DNA from: Peribolospora baueri
Lineage: Eukaryota
Direction of reading: 5' to 3'
DNA length: 64,000 nucleotides
Assembly: GCA_029717555.1 (NCBI GenBank)
Contig: JAMDHS010000061.1
Coordinates: forward strand, 1 to 64,000
The position numbers and the translations under genes are program-made. Position 1 is the first letter of the stretch. Every line of letters starts with the position of its first letter. Below, in pieces: positions 25,581 to 38,429 of this stretch. Below the pieces are notes generated by a model. The model made no database searches and had not been told where the DNA came from. It worked only from the letters and a program-made list of their open reading frames with translations.

Positions 25581-28500
25581 TCAAGTGCGCCTACGGTGTC
25601 GAATGGACTGCCCAGCGGCTGCGACGCTCGGAGCGCCCTCGACGACGGCGTTGGCGTCATAGTCGAAAGCGAGGGCAGAAGCGGAGCCAGAAGAGGTCAA
25701 AGGCTGGACGCCGCCCATCCTGCGCTTGACAGCGCTCGAGCTGTCGCCCGTTCCCGAGTAGCTGCCGGCGACGGAGAAGGAAGGAGAAGGAGGGCCGGAC
25801 CGGTTGTTGGACTCGCGTTCGCCCTCGGCACCGCTCGTCGTCTCGTCCGCCGCCGTCGGGTCTCGACCTCGGCCGTCGGGGAAGGAAGAAGGCCCAGCGG
25901 CGACGCGACCGTGCTGGTGCTGCTGGCGCTGCAAGCCAATCATCCTCAGCCTCTCCACCCAAGCCTCGGCCCTTTCGAGGCTATCGCCAAAGACGCTAGT
26001 CACGCTCCGAAGAATGTCCAAGCTCTCGACGGCGAGCGTTAACACCCGGTTGGCAGCTTCGACGGCCGTGTTTGGCGTCGGGCTGTGCGCCGGTCCGCGA
26101 TACGCGTGAAGGTGTTGGAGAGGAATGGCGGGCGAGGCGACGCTCCCGCCGGCTCCGCCTGCAGAGGAGGATCCGTAAAGACGGGAGGCGGAGGTGGAGG
26201 TGGAGGTGGAATGGGCTGGCGAGAAGGAAGGGCTGGCGGGGCTTCCGCCGAAATAGTTCGCCGTCGGACTCCCCCTGTTGCCGCCGTCCCACGTCGCTCC
26301 GGGCGTGCTCGACCGACTCGTGGGAGCGCCGGGAGTGCGAGGCACTCGGTTGACGCTCGCCCATCGTTCCGGAAGGGAGAGGATGAACGAGCGGACCCTG
26401 TTCCGAGCGGGATCCGGAAGCGCGGCGCCGGCATACTTTCCGACGACATCGACGACGCCGCGGATTGTGTTCACGACGTCTCCTTTGATGCCCGACAACG
26501 TCCGGACTGTTTGAGCGGGGATTACCGCTTCGCTTTGCGAGCCGCTCGGTCCGGATTGACCGCCGCCGCCGCCGCTGCTGGTCGAGGTTTGAGTTTGGAG
26601 GGAGAGAATGAAATCTCGCAAGACGGTGATCTGGTGTTCGATGTGAGCCGTAGCGTACTGAAACACATAAGATCGAAAAAAAACGGTAAGCATCGACGGA
26701 AACGAGAACGAGCGCCCGCGCCCCCCGCCCCTGGCATCGAAAGAGGTCGAATCGACCGGCTCACCTGCAACCACTGCAAACAGTACTTCAAGCTCTTCAT
26801 GCTCTCCTCGCTGACCGCAGCGCTGATCCCTCCGGCGGTGACGCCGGCGCCTACGAGCATGCTCTGCCATCTGCTCCTCCCAGGTGTAGCGGTCGCGCCG
26901 GCCCCGTTGCCTCCTCTACCGCCACCACGAGGGCCACCACCACCGCCGCCGCCGCCGGTGCTGCCATCCTGCGTCGCCACGAGCGCCCTACTCCGCCACT
27001 TGCTATCATCGTCATCTCTTCCGCCTCCGCCTCCGATCCCTACGCCTACGCTGCGAGCATCCTCGGCAGAAGCGGTGAACCGCTTCTTCGCCCTTTCCTT
27101 GTGGTGGCCTTTCCTGCGTCGAATGCCGCTCTGGGAGATGGGATCATATATCATCTCCGCCGCTTCAGCCGCCCGACGGGGTCCGGAGGGATCGAGCTCG
27201 TACGGGTCTGACGACGCCGGAGGGTGGTTACGGTGGCGACGGCCACCGCCGTCGTCGTTGTCGTCAAAACGCGCCTCGCCCTGCCGAGCTTTGCCCTTGT
27301 CCCTCCTTTTCTTCCGCCTCCGCCTACCTTCCTCCTCGTCATCTGGGCCGAGCTCAGCGGCGCCTACGCTGAGAGGACTCAGGGAGGGCGTACCGTGAAT
27401 GTGTAAAGGCGGCAAGCGACGTACGAGCTCGTCGTCGACGAGAGACGAAGAAGCTGCGTCGTCGCCCGCTGTTGACGCGGCGACCCCCATACCCATACCC
27501 ATACCGCCGGCGCCGGGAGGGCCTTCCTCGTCGTCGACGTAGGACACGGCGCTGGAAGCTGGGTCTCCGGCTACGGACAGCGTCTCATCCTCCAAACCGA
27601 GGTCTACCTCGTCCCTAGCTTGATCGCGATCCGTCGCGGCCAAAGGTCGCATGGACGGATAGCGCGCGGAGAGGCGGTCGAACTGCCGAGAGGCGAACTC
27701 GTCCAGAGGGGCAAGACGAGGTTCGAGGCGAGTGATGACGGGCTTGGAAATGGTCTTGACGGAGGATTCGACGATCTCCGCTCCGTACTGTGATGTGCGA
27801 AATGGACGAGCGGCGTGAGGGGACGAGTCAGCAAGGGCGGCTCTCGACGTATCGCTTCGCCGACGAAGCGAGGAGCGGAACGTGACGCACCTTGACGACC
27901 CTCGAGCTCATCTTTCCCCTCTCCCAAGCGCCCATGGCCCCCCTGACTATGGGCAGGCCACCGAGCCTCCTGAGAAAGTCGGCGTCGCCCATCATGCGTG
28001 GGTCCACCTCGACGGGGTTACCGGAAGCGTCGACGGGAACGAGCGGAGTGCCGTCCTCGGCGCGGAGGACGAAGGCCGAGTTGCGGGCGGAGGAGGAAGG
28101 GGAGAGGGAGGTGAACGAGGTAGGGGTGGAGATTTGTGAGCGGGTGGATTGGGAGGGAGCCGAGGCGGTGGATGACGTCGCGGAGATGGAGGGGCCCGTC
28201 GCTGAGAAAGAAGAGGGGGAGGAGATCAGGGCAGCAGCGGGGCGAGTGAGCGGGGAGCAAAAGGGGGAAACGGATCCGCATCATGCCTCGGAAAGCAAAG
28301 AAAAGAGAAGACGCTCACATTGGGCATCCATGTCCGGACGAAGGCCCTTGGCGCCATGATGATCGTCGGCTGCCGGCAGGTACCTCATGGACCCCAAAGC
28401 CATGGCAGCGATGCGAACGTCGGCGTTGTCGGGATCGATGGTCAAGCCTGCTGCTGCCTCTCCATGGCGGTCCTGCACGACCGAGTCTTCTTCTTCTTGC

Positions 28501-28610
28501 TTCACCTGGTGGTCGTTGAGATCGGGATCGGGATGGAGGGGCGCGGGGTGATGGACGTCGGTCCGATCCACCTCCATCCTTTCCTCCTTGTCCTGGTGTG
28601 GGTCGTCCAT
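25581..28610 (-). CDS. OPI1: Opi1-family transcriptional repressor of phospholipid synthesis
   Basis: DVRIAAMALGSMR, YGAEIVESSVKTISKPV, SRWQSMLVGAGVTAGGISAAVSEESMKSLKYCLQWLQYATAHI, DVVNTIRGVVDVVGKYAGAALPDPARNRVRSFILSLPERW, RVLTLAVESLDIL. Confidence 0.88.
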
Positions 28611-29587
28611 GAGGTAGATGTGAGGGAGTGGGTTAGAGCTGGAGGAGCGGGTGAACGAGACGGTGCGATGCGCGTCCGCGTCGCGTTGTTCGCCGTCGAC
28701 TGGAGAGGAGGTGGAAGAGGATGGAGGGCGATGGCAAGGAAGCGTAGAGGCGTGGAGTGGAAGGGATGGGGAGCGGGCGTGCGGAAGCGTCGCCAGTGGA
28801 CGTCGACCGTCGAGAAGGCGGCTGATGTGTTGTTGTTGTATGTACTACACTGTAGCTCGCACCTCCTCCCTCCTTTGGCGGTGCCGCGAGTGGAAGATAA
28901 GGCCGGCCAAGCAAGGCAATGGTAATAAGGCACGCCGCGTTGGGGTTTGGGGCGCACGACACGGATGATGATCGTGAAAAGCGCGAGTCGTCCGTCCGTC
29001 TCCCTCTCTTGTCTCACACACGGGTCAGTCAGGTGAGAGGTGGTCGCAGAGGCGGGGCCGGTGATCGGTCCGGTGATCGCGCGGGTCGATTTGGAGAGGT
29101 CGGAGAGGGAGATGGACGAGAAGATGGAGGATGAAGATGGAGATGAAGATGGAGATGGACGACGACGACGAGCGGAGATGGCTGGAAGGAAGGCAAGCAA
29201 GGCCGATCGATGCGAGAAGAGAGACGCTTTTGCGCGTGCTAGTCACCGACGCCGGGCCTTATCGCACGACAGGCGACGGCACGCAGAGAAACGAACAGGC
29301 AAGGAAGGATACAGACGGACAGACAGGGAGAGAGAGAGGCCCGAGGCAATCGACGATCCTACAACAGCATCGACGGACGGCGTCGAGGCAACAAGCAAGC
29401 ACAAGCCGAGCTTTGTGTGTGGCGTTCCTTAGTTAGGTCCAGGCAGAGAGAAGGAAGAAAGAAAAGAAAAAGGTGGGGTGCAGGTGCAATACATTCATTC
29501 ATACACTAGCCACATCCACCCACACCCATCCCAGTCACCGTCCAGTCACCGTCACCGTCACCGTCCTCCACCGCCAACCGAACCAGA

Positions 29588-32500
29588 TCAGTCACCAAAC
29601 TGGATGCCTCCCTTGCTCGGGTCATACCGTCCCCACTTCGGCGCCGTTGGAGGAGAAGACGCAGCGGCAGGAGGCGACACGGGCCCAGCGGAGGGAGACG
29701 TTTGTGGAGGTGCTTGCGCTTGCGGTGGCTGCTGCTGTTGCTGTTGACGAAACGCTTGCAGCTCCGCGTACCGTTCGTGTCGATACTCCTTACAGCGTTG
29801 ACGGAACGCCGACAGAAGGCGGGCCAGGTCGTTGTAGAACTAAAGACAGACAGATAGATAAAAAGACAAAGCGGTCTCAGCCGTCAAGACGCCGCACGCA
29901 CGCCGCGAAAGGGGCCCACAACCCACCTTGAGCCCTTCCTCCAGGTTCCTCTGAATCTCCCTATACTTCCTGTGAGCCTGTTCGAGTGTCTGCAGCGCCT
30001 GCTCCCTTCGCTTCACCGTCTGGTCCACCTTGCGCGACGCCACAAACGACTCGTTCAGCTCCTTGTGGGCGGAGACGACGGACGAATGCGATCAATCAGT
30101 CACCGGGCCCAACGTTCTCGTCCCATCGTGTCCTACTCACTCGTATCCTCTCCAACACCTCCTCCTGCTCCCTTCCGCTCCCCTCGACCTCCTGCTTCAG
30201 CTTCCGATACTTGTCCAACTCCCTCTGGAACAGCTCCTCAAAGTGCGCAGGTTCGATCCTGATCTGGCCGGGCGCCTCTTTCGATATGCTGGCCGCCTCG
30301 CGTATGATCGTCGGCCGCACGTCGTCGGACGACGAGATATGGCGCGCTTCCGCCAGGCAGGCGGCCCGCGAGTCTAGGATATCGTCGAGCGATTCGAGCG
30401 AGGAGCGCAAGGAGCGCACAATCGCTGCCGCAGAGGCCGAGCTCTCTAAAGGCGAAGCGGCCAGGGAGGCCGAGTTAGGGACCGTGGAGGGGACGAAGGC
30501 TTCCAGCACGTCCTGGCGAGATGACGCGGGCAGATAGATTTGTTTCTTTCAACGCCGTGCCTTCCGCCAATGCCCTCTCTCCATCGATCCGACTGCCGGG
30601 CTCACCTTACCACCGGACAACACTTCCATCACCTCCCGCGCCTCTTCGAGCTTATTCGCCACGATCTGATCGCTCTCCGCCGCCTGCGCGATCGTCCGTC
30701 TGTAGCTCTCGCCCTGCTGCGCAAGCTCGCGGTTGGAGACGTGACTGGGCTGTCGAGAGAATCTGTCGGCCGGCAACAACCCGCGCGCGTGCTCGTCCTC
30801 TGCCGCTTCTTGGTCAATAATGGAAAGGGCCTGCGAGGACGTTTGGACGCAAGGTCAGTAATCCGCGCATCCACCTCGCACAAATAGGCCCGCACCGTGT
30901 TGCCGACACCAACCAGCCACGAAACGCAGCTTTAGACCGCTTCACTCACCTCGCTCAAAACGCTCTTGTCGCTCCTAGCCATCCTCGCCACATCGTCCAC
31001 CATTTTTTGTATCCGCCGCAGGCCTCCCTCGAGCCTCACCTCCTCCGCCTTGAGAGTCAGACTCGGAGGCAGGCCCATCGGTTGTTCGAGCGCCTGGAGC
31101 GAGCCGGGCAGGTTCAGGGATTGGAGCGTGCTGAAAGATGTGGGGAGCCGACCCCAAAAAAGGCGAGTCCGTTAACGGCCGGCACTCGCCAACAAGCGAA
31201 CCTGTCGCATCGATCACTCACCTCGCAACGATCGCATCCAACTCGTCTTTCCTGCCCTGGATCTCTTCCCTCACCAAGGTATCCTTCCTGTCCTCGTAAA
31301 CGCTGATCGCAAGGTGTACCCCATACGGCACCAGCTCCTCAAAGAGCGGCTTTCCGAGAGCACCGGCCGACACGCCCGGGGAGGTACCAGGCGGTGAACT
31401 CTTAAGGAGCGGGATGGGGTTAGAGACTTCAGAAGGGAGAGTGGACCTTACGAGCGAGACGGAAGCGATGGGCTGGAGGGAATGCGCCGGGGTTATGGCT
31501 TGGAGGTAGATCATGTCGTTGTCTCGCGTCGCCCGGGTGAGGTTCGCGGCGATGACGGCTTGAAGGGACTTTACGAGAGGGAACACAGAAGACCAAGTGC
31601 GGCGAGGAGAAAGGATTCAGCCCATCGTCAAGCTCGTATCGTGACCGTGCCCGAAGGAACGTGCCCACCTTGGCATCGTTCACGACTGCCTCGCTGATGC
31701 CGCGCTTGTTTGTCTCGAGAGCCTTTTTGACAAGGCCCTCTGCCACCTTGAGCCGGCCTAGCTCGTCTCCGTACCTGTTAGCACCTAGGTCTTCGGCGCT
31801 CTTTCGGAACTGCGCTGCCGCGGCAAAGTGGTGCTTCTTCATCGTCATGTGGCCGTGCCAGCCCTGCATGATAAAGAGAAGAGATGGACGCGCATCAGAA
31901 GGGAGAAAGGACAGGCGAGCAGAGAATCCGGTACAAATGCGAGCTCACAGAGGGAAGCTCAAACCGAAGAGCTGTGCCAGCATCGTAGTACGGCTGTGAA
32001 TCGTATGCCTCCAGGGCGGCCCCATAGAGATCGGATACCTTAGACGCCAGTTTGGCGATGGTCCCATCCTTGAGGCGGTCTGTAAAGAACAGTGTCTACA
32101 CTCTTCAGAATCGAGTCGACTGGGCTCAGCTTGGCGTGTAAGTACGTGTGCACTCACCAGAGACTGCCCTCTGCCACCCGGATTCCTGCGCCTGAGCGAG
32201 CATGAGGTTCTCGAGACATCGGAGCGCGTGCAAGGACAAGTCCGGACATGGCGGTGGCGGGAGGTGTGACAGCTTAGGAGCCAATTCGGCCTGGATATGG
32301 GAGAGGACGCCTGCAGCTTGCTGGAAAAGGGTTGGAGGAGCGTTGCAAACGAGGCGACGTCAAGAACAAAACAAGTTTATCTACGCTTGAGCACTCCAGC
32401 GCTCAACGACTCCAAAGTCCACCATCTTGGTAGCACAAACCTGGAACCAGCCTGCAGCTCTCCTCATGCTCTCCTTCTCCGCGCGGTCCTCCTGCGCCCC

Positions 32501-33118
32501 AAAGCTGGAATACAGCGCGGCGAGGTTGAAGAGCACGTTAGCGCGCTCCCAGTTGAGATCGGGGTGGGCGTGCACGTTCGGGTTGTCAGCGTATGAGGTG
32601 GCTGTGAGACTGATGTTAAGGGATGCAAAGGGGAAGGAGGGCGGGAAGGCGAGGGACCAAGGGAAGGGGACGGGGAACTGCGTTTGGACAGCGAGCGGTG
32701 AGAACAGGCGGAGACAAGAGAGGAAGCGCTCGATGTCCAAGGATACACCAAGGACAGCCACGTTACTGAAATGAAGCGCTTACATCTGTCGCAAACTTCG
32801 TGGACAAGAAGACGAGTTGTGCGTGGTACCTGGAGGATGAGGACGCATTGCGGATAAGCGCGAGCGAGGGGTGTGGCGTCGGACCAAAGAGAGAGCGAGC
32901 AAAGGAGCGCACCTAACAACGCTGTCAACACTACTTTGGTGCACTTCCACCTTGCTGACCTCATCCCTGAGCTTAGCGAGCTCTCTAATGTCGCTCCTGA
33001 AAGAGTCAGGATGGACGTCATTGTAAGATTCCTCGATGTGCTTGAGGAGCGCCTCGGAGAGCTGCGCGCTCAGCGACGGCGACGCCTTGAGAGGCAGGGC
33101 AAGGACGTTTCGCGGCAT
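29588..33118 (-). CDS. RIM20: pH-response regulator PalA/Rim20 (Bro1 + V domain)
   Basis: Bro1 motifs WERANVLFNLAALYS, LMLAQAQEC, IAKLA, YGDELGRL and RATRDNDMIYL, plus SVYEDRK, NLEEGLK|FYNDL. The short C-terminus ends KWGRYDPSKGGIQFGD*, which resembles PalA rather than Bro1. Confidence 0.88.
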
Positions 33119-33633
33119 GGCGCAGAGGATAGGACGGCGAACGTTGGTTCTCGCTGAGCAAAAGGAGATCGTCGCCTGCTCGCTCGCCGAATGTCTTCTG
33201 CCGTCGACTACAAACAGGTCCTTCTCGCCCGGGCTCGGACGAGCGTGTCGTGGACGACAGTGGTAGCCGCAGCCGCTTCGATCACTCTGCCTACGCTACG
33301 CTGGAAGGCGGCGATAGCGGCTCGCCGTGCGATCTTCCACTAGACCAGGCCGCTTATCTTGAAACGAGGGAGCCACTTCCGGGCCACCTTTCGCCTCACC
33401 GCCTCACCACACCTTGCAAGGCATCTCCAACCAGTTATGGCGACGCGCGCAACGGCCGGGCTCGTTTCAGCCCCGAAGGCAAAGAAAAGAAAAAGGAATA
33501 GAATTACGGAGACTCCGAGGCGAGGCGGTCAGGTTGGCGCGGCCACGCGTCTGACAACACCGTTCGCACACGCGCAAGTCAAGCGCAGCTTACAGTACAT
33601 GACGACGAGGAGCGTGGTCGCCGGCGAGGGTAC

Positions 33634-35278
33634 CTATACATCTCGACGACCTGGACGCCGTCCCCTGGCGACGCCCTCAGCGTCCTTGTACCACACGATG
33701 TCCCCCTCGCCCTCAATGTAGTAGCACCATCTGAACGTCTCCCACAGGGCCACGGGCCAAGGGCGGTCGTCGTAGTGGTAATAGTCAGGGCCAAGGACAG
33801 AGCGGAGGTGGGTGGTGATCTGGGGTAGATTGTCGGTAAGTAGAGAGCGTGATTAGGAACGTCGTGATAGAGAGAATGATTTGGCAGGACGACCGGGCAA
33901 AGGAGGATAAATCGCAAATCAAGCCCGGAGTGCTTTCGACTCTACGTGGCTGTCCCCGGTGGCGCAGGCGGCGACTTTAGCGGACGACTCACAGAAAGGT
34001 GCCTGAGAAAAGAAATGGTGTGCGACTGCGAGGAGAGGATCCCGAGGGCGGAGAGATAAGGCAGTGGCGGTAGGGAAGAAGGAAAGGTGAGAGTCAGAAA
34101 TTGAGTTGCACGTGGAAAGGGGTATCCCGCATATCAGTGTCCCGAGAAACGACGAAATGACATCACAGGGTGGACCATGTTCGGAATGCGCGACCTCACC
34201 ATGATCGTGACACAGGTTGTGCAAAAAAAAAGCGACCCATCCAGCCAAGGAGGGGCCTGTCGACCGTGCTGCTCGCGCCCCTCTGGAAATTTAACGTCGC
34301 CTTCCTGAAGTGAGGTAGAGCGGGGGACGTGTGCTGGAGGTAGACGCTAAGGACGATCCAATGGCAGGTGATGGAAAGGGGAATAGTGATAGACGAGGGC
34401 CGAGCGGGGAAGATAGGAAAGAGCGAATAGGGCGAGGAGAACGCCGAGATCAGAGACGACGACAGCAGACGCGTCAGATGGGGAAAAGACGGCCGAGGCT
34501 GGATTGTACAACTGGAGACAGGTAAGGGAGAGAACACGGGAGACTCGTCAAACGGATACCAGACCACGATGTCGAGCAGAGTTCACGGCATCGGGAAAAG
34601 GAGGCAGTCACGTAAGAACACACGCTATGCTTCAAGCCTTCCGGGCCTCCCTGAATATTGACAATAAAGCATGTCCACAAGCCTAGAGCCTGTTGAAAAG
34701 TAAGGCGAACCAATGCGATGACCGGCGAGTCGTTGAGCTCTTCCATGAAAGCGTCTCTTGCCAACTCTCTGGCGGACAGGCCGCCTTCGATGATGCTCCC
34801 TCGTCTGTCTTTCGCCGGCTTTTCTTCATGCGCGGGCTTGACGAGAGGACGGAAGTGGGCTTCGTTCTCTACAGAGTTGGTCCAGCGATGATGGGTGTTG
34901 TGTACGACCCGCCATGACTTGTGCGGATTAGGAAGGAAGAAAGAGTGTAAGAACCAGCCGACGACGGCAATGACGCGGCGGTGAGGAGAGAGCGTGAGGT
35001 GACCCGCCTCCGGACAGAGAGATAGACCGAAGGCGAGATCGGGTCGCACGGAGGGGAGAGTTACATAAATAGCAGTGACGTTCAAATGTCAAGATGTGTC
35101 GCCTCCGAGCGTCACTGACATGGGGCACAGTCGCACGCTTTCCTCACCTCATGAGCAAGCGTCCAGAGACCGGCGTAAGCAAGGCCCTGAAACCACCAAT
35201 AGATGCCCCACAACAGGAGGCGAGCTGGCTCTCGTGCGCGGTCGATGTGCTCGGGCAAAACATAAGACGAGATCATGC
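33634..35278 (-). pseudogene. Delta-12 (FAD2-type) fatty acid desaturase-like pseudogene
   Basis: All three His boxes are present (HE|AGH, HNTHH, HDH|VAHH), plus [31 protein letters not shown] and EGDIVWYK. Frameshifts lie near 34370 and in the A9 run at 34223-34231. The N-terminal exons are absent. Confidence 0.85.
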
Positions 35279-35296
35279 TAGAAACGGGGGATGTGT

Positions 35297-35932
35297 TTAC
35301 AGATGGGACCGATGGCCGGCGGCCTTGCTCTCCGACTCTTGGTGGCGACGCAAGTCGGCCTCGAGCTTCTGCCATAACCTGCCCCACGGACCTTGCCGGC
35401 CTTTGATGACGGCCCTCCTGGACGGGTTCTTTCCCTCGACGAATACTATATCGGCGACGCACCGGCTGGACGCACGCTTGCCTCCCTGGGCCAAGCTGCG
35501 CGCCTCCACAGTCATCGTGAAGCCATCGCCTCCGGGGGCCAGCGAGGAGATGCGCGCGCCGCTGACGACAGCGTCCGGGTACCTGATGGCGCGGATGTAC
35601 TCGTAGTTTTGCGTGAGCAAAACGGGGATAACCTCGCTCTTCCCTTTGCCCACGTTGGCCGCCTCCTCCACGCCCAAGACAGACTCCCAAGCATACTCGA
35701 GCCGGAAGGCGCAAGACCCGAAAAGACGGCCGTAGTTGTAGTTGGAGACGTGGCCGTAAGGGTCGAGGTCGTGGAACTGGACGGGTACCTCGGTGAGCGA
35801 AGCGTCCTCGTAGCCCAACTCGATCAGACCGCGGACAGCCTCTGTGCGGGCCTTGTCGTAGATATCATTGCGGCTCGATGGGTAGAGGTTGTCGGTGGCC
35901 TTGAGCAAGGACATGGCGGGGTTCTTGGTCAT
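35297..35932 (-). CDS. Hot-dog-fold acyl-CoA thioesterase (4HBT-like), intronless, PTS1-like C-terminus
   Basis: VPVQFHDLDPYGHVSN matches the D-x-D-x-x-G-H-V-N-N motif, and YIRAIRYPD is present. It ends in -SHL*. The start is at 35932 or 35914. Confidence 0.85.
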   Translation of the reverse strand: MTKNPAMSLLKATDNLYPSSRNDIYDKARTEAVRGLIELGYEDASLTEVPVQFHDLDPYGHVSNYNYGRLFGSCAFRLEYAWESVLGVEEAANVGKGKSEVIPVLLTQNYEYIRAIRYPDAVVSGARISSLAPGGDGFTMTVEARSLAQGGKRASSRCVADIVFVEGKNPSRRAVIKGRQGPWGRLWQKLEADLRRHQESESKAAGHRSHL

Positions 35933-37097
35933 CAGGAGATAGAGGAGATACGCGACGAGCAAAGGAGGACGCCTTCACGGGGCTGGATGCGATGAGAGAC
36001 AGAGTGTTGACGAGTGCTATAGATGAAGATCTCCATCGAATGGCGAGAAGCTGCGTTCCATTTTATCAGCCGGCATAGCCGCCAAGCGCCTCGCGGAAGT
36101 AGCCGGCATTGCCGGCGAGTTGCAGCCGGTGCCTTAGCTTATTTCCTCACTACAAAATAGAGTGTATGAAGTTAAACAGAAATAATGAAGCAGAGTTAAT
36201 ATGCAACGAAGCTTATCTTGGTAATTTTTAGATTGCGTAGAATATTTAAATAAAAGATCGAGGCCGACGTGGAAGGTCAAGTGTGAGCAAGCGCACGCAC
36301 TTGAGCACATGGTGACGCGTTAGGACCTTCTGAGAAGCGGGGGTTGTGAGGAAAGGAAGGATCTCCCGGAAGCCAGCCGCGAAGGGCGTAGGCAGTCCGT
36401 CCTCTCGAGTCACCCGCTTGTCGTACTCGTACCGAGCTCCGAAAGGGAGGCATGAGGTAAGGAGCACTGCACCCGCCGTGACAAGTCGACCCCGTCAATA
36501 ATCACGTGATCAAACTGCTCACACCACACCAGGCTAAGTCCGCACCCATTTGTCAAATCAAGAGAAAGCTCCACCACTTGGTTTATCCGAGTAAGGTCTC
36601 CGCAACTGGACTGTCTGTTGTGACTTGTACCCCTGGTTCGACGATGTCCGGTCCCAGCTAGCCCTTTGCAACGACCATCTAGGTCACGTCTAGACTGTTG
36701 TTTTGCAGGAATCGATTGTGGGATCGCTTACCAACCGACCCAAGCCCAGACCGCCTGCGTGGCTTCGGCGGCGCAGCCCCTTCACGTTCGCCGAGAGCTA
36801 GCACACCCGTTTTGCGCTAATGGTTGTCCTTGACGAGAGCGAGACGATGGGGCTGGTTGCCCGACCCCACAATAGTGCCCTTGCCAAGAAGGTCTACACC
36901 GTCACGCCATCTCTCGCTTTCGATGCTATACTCGTGCAAACACTCATCGATTCCATTAATCATTTACGTCCGTGAACGCTCAGCCGGGGATATGCCGAAT
37001 GAAAGAAAGAAAAAAACATGAAAGGAAAGGAGAACAGTTCCGAGTGGGGTGGCCTCGATGACATCGGACTCCGTGTGGGTATTCGCTCGCTGTGCGC

Positions 37098-38429
37098 TCA
37101 CGCCGGCGCTTGAGCGATGATCATAGATCCTACCATGCGCGCTCCCTTCTCGTTGAGGTCTTTCTCAAGCTGCTCCATCGTGTTCTCCCACTCCTGATCC
37201 GTCTTGGTCCCTTCCGGCAACCTGTCCTCAGCCCCAAAGGCGATCCAGGCGCCGCGGGTGCCCGAGTAGATTCCCCTCCAGTTGGCTGCGCTCTCGGCGG
37301 CGTATTGACGGCCATGTTCAGCGAGACCGGTCGCGCCAACGGGAATGGGGAGCGAGTGAACCTGAGTCGAGGGAAGGGGTCGGAGACAAAGGTCAACATG
37401 GAGGAGGCATTCAGTTTCTCTATCCCTTACACCCTTTCACTGTCTGGGTTCAGCGCCCGTGTGCCTGGCCCTTTGCCGTCTCCCTCACCTGGATATTGAT
37501 GAACCCGGCATTTCCGAGATACTCCTTCGCCTTCTCGCTCATGCTATCACATGCGCACGTCGCCAGAAGAGGACAAACCATAAGCGAGGAAGAAAAGAAA
37601 AACCATTGCTTGAGGGATTCGGCTTGACTCACTGGAATTCGCGATTGCCCATCTTTTCAAGGCCTTCTCCGATCAGGTTGGTTTTAGAGATGCAGTCAGA
37701 AAGCTGCTGTCCCTGCCAGTAGGCGTCGTACTCAAAGAGGTGGAGCCAGCCTCCTGGCTCTGTCGGCACGCGAAGAAGAACGGTGAGCGAAGCGGAAGGA
37801 CGAGCGTACAGGCGGCTGGCCTGGCCCACTCACTCAAAGTAGCCTTGAGGTTTTCCAAAGCAGTCGGCCACTGATCCTTTCGGAGGCCCAAAACCAGCAG
37901 TCGCTGATACGTCAGGTCATATTTGCCCCTGTGCTCCTCCGGCAAGGGCTCCAATACGCTGTGCTTAAAGAAGTCGATCGCCTTGCGTTCTCCCTTGACC
38001 GTCACCACCCTGCCCTCTTCTGGGGGGAACTGAGCCGAGGAGAGATCATAGGCGGCGAGGGAGTCGTAAGTGAGTTCAGGCGAGGAGGAGACGAGATCTC
38101 GGAGGCAAATGCCAGTCCCGGTGGCGCTGTCAAGGATCGAGACGGAAGGCCGAGAAGCCAGGTCGGCGGCGACCACTGGGTGGAGGATGCGGTTGCCAAA
38201 GGCCTGCTTCAAGATCCGATGCTGGCGTTCAAGTCTGAGGTGTGAGACCAAGGCGAGATGGGTCGGCGAGAAGAACCACGGGACGCACTCGAGACGCAAA
38301 CTCGCGACTGGAGGCAGTGTCTGCATTCTTCCCATCCCTTTCCCTTGCTCACCTCTGCGACTCGGAGAAGTTCCTTGGGAGGTAGTACTGCGCGGACGCC
38401 GCGGACTCGTCGACGACGGCGGCGGTCAT
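37098..38429 (-). CDS. Class I SAM-dependent methyltransferase (fungal secondary-metabolism type)
   Basis: YYLPRNFSESQR|LERQH, motif I ILDSATGTG, YDLSSAQFP, KYDLTYQRLLVLGL, PGGWLHLFE, AGFINIQ. It ends IIAQAPA*. Confidence 0.9.

Noticed and set aside
26085..27398. 437-aa ORF on the + strand
   Set aside because: It is the antisense shadow of GC-rich OPI1 exons and has no domain motifs.
35112..35714. 200-aa ORF suggesting a natural N-terminal extension of the desaturase
   Set aside because: Its upstream part is an alternative frame of the thioesterase with no FAD2-like sequence. Only the last ~45 aa are desaturase.
36246..36498. Exon-like segment (YEYDKRVTREDGLPTPF..) between the thioesterase and methyltransferase
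   Set aside because: It could be another relic, but I cannot assign a family or flanking exons.
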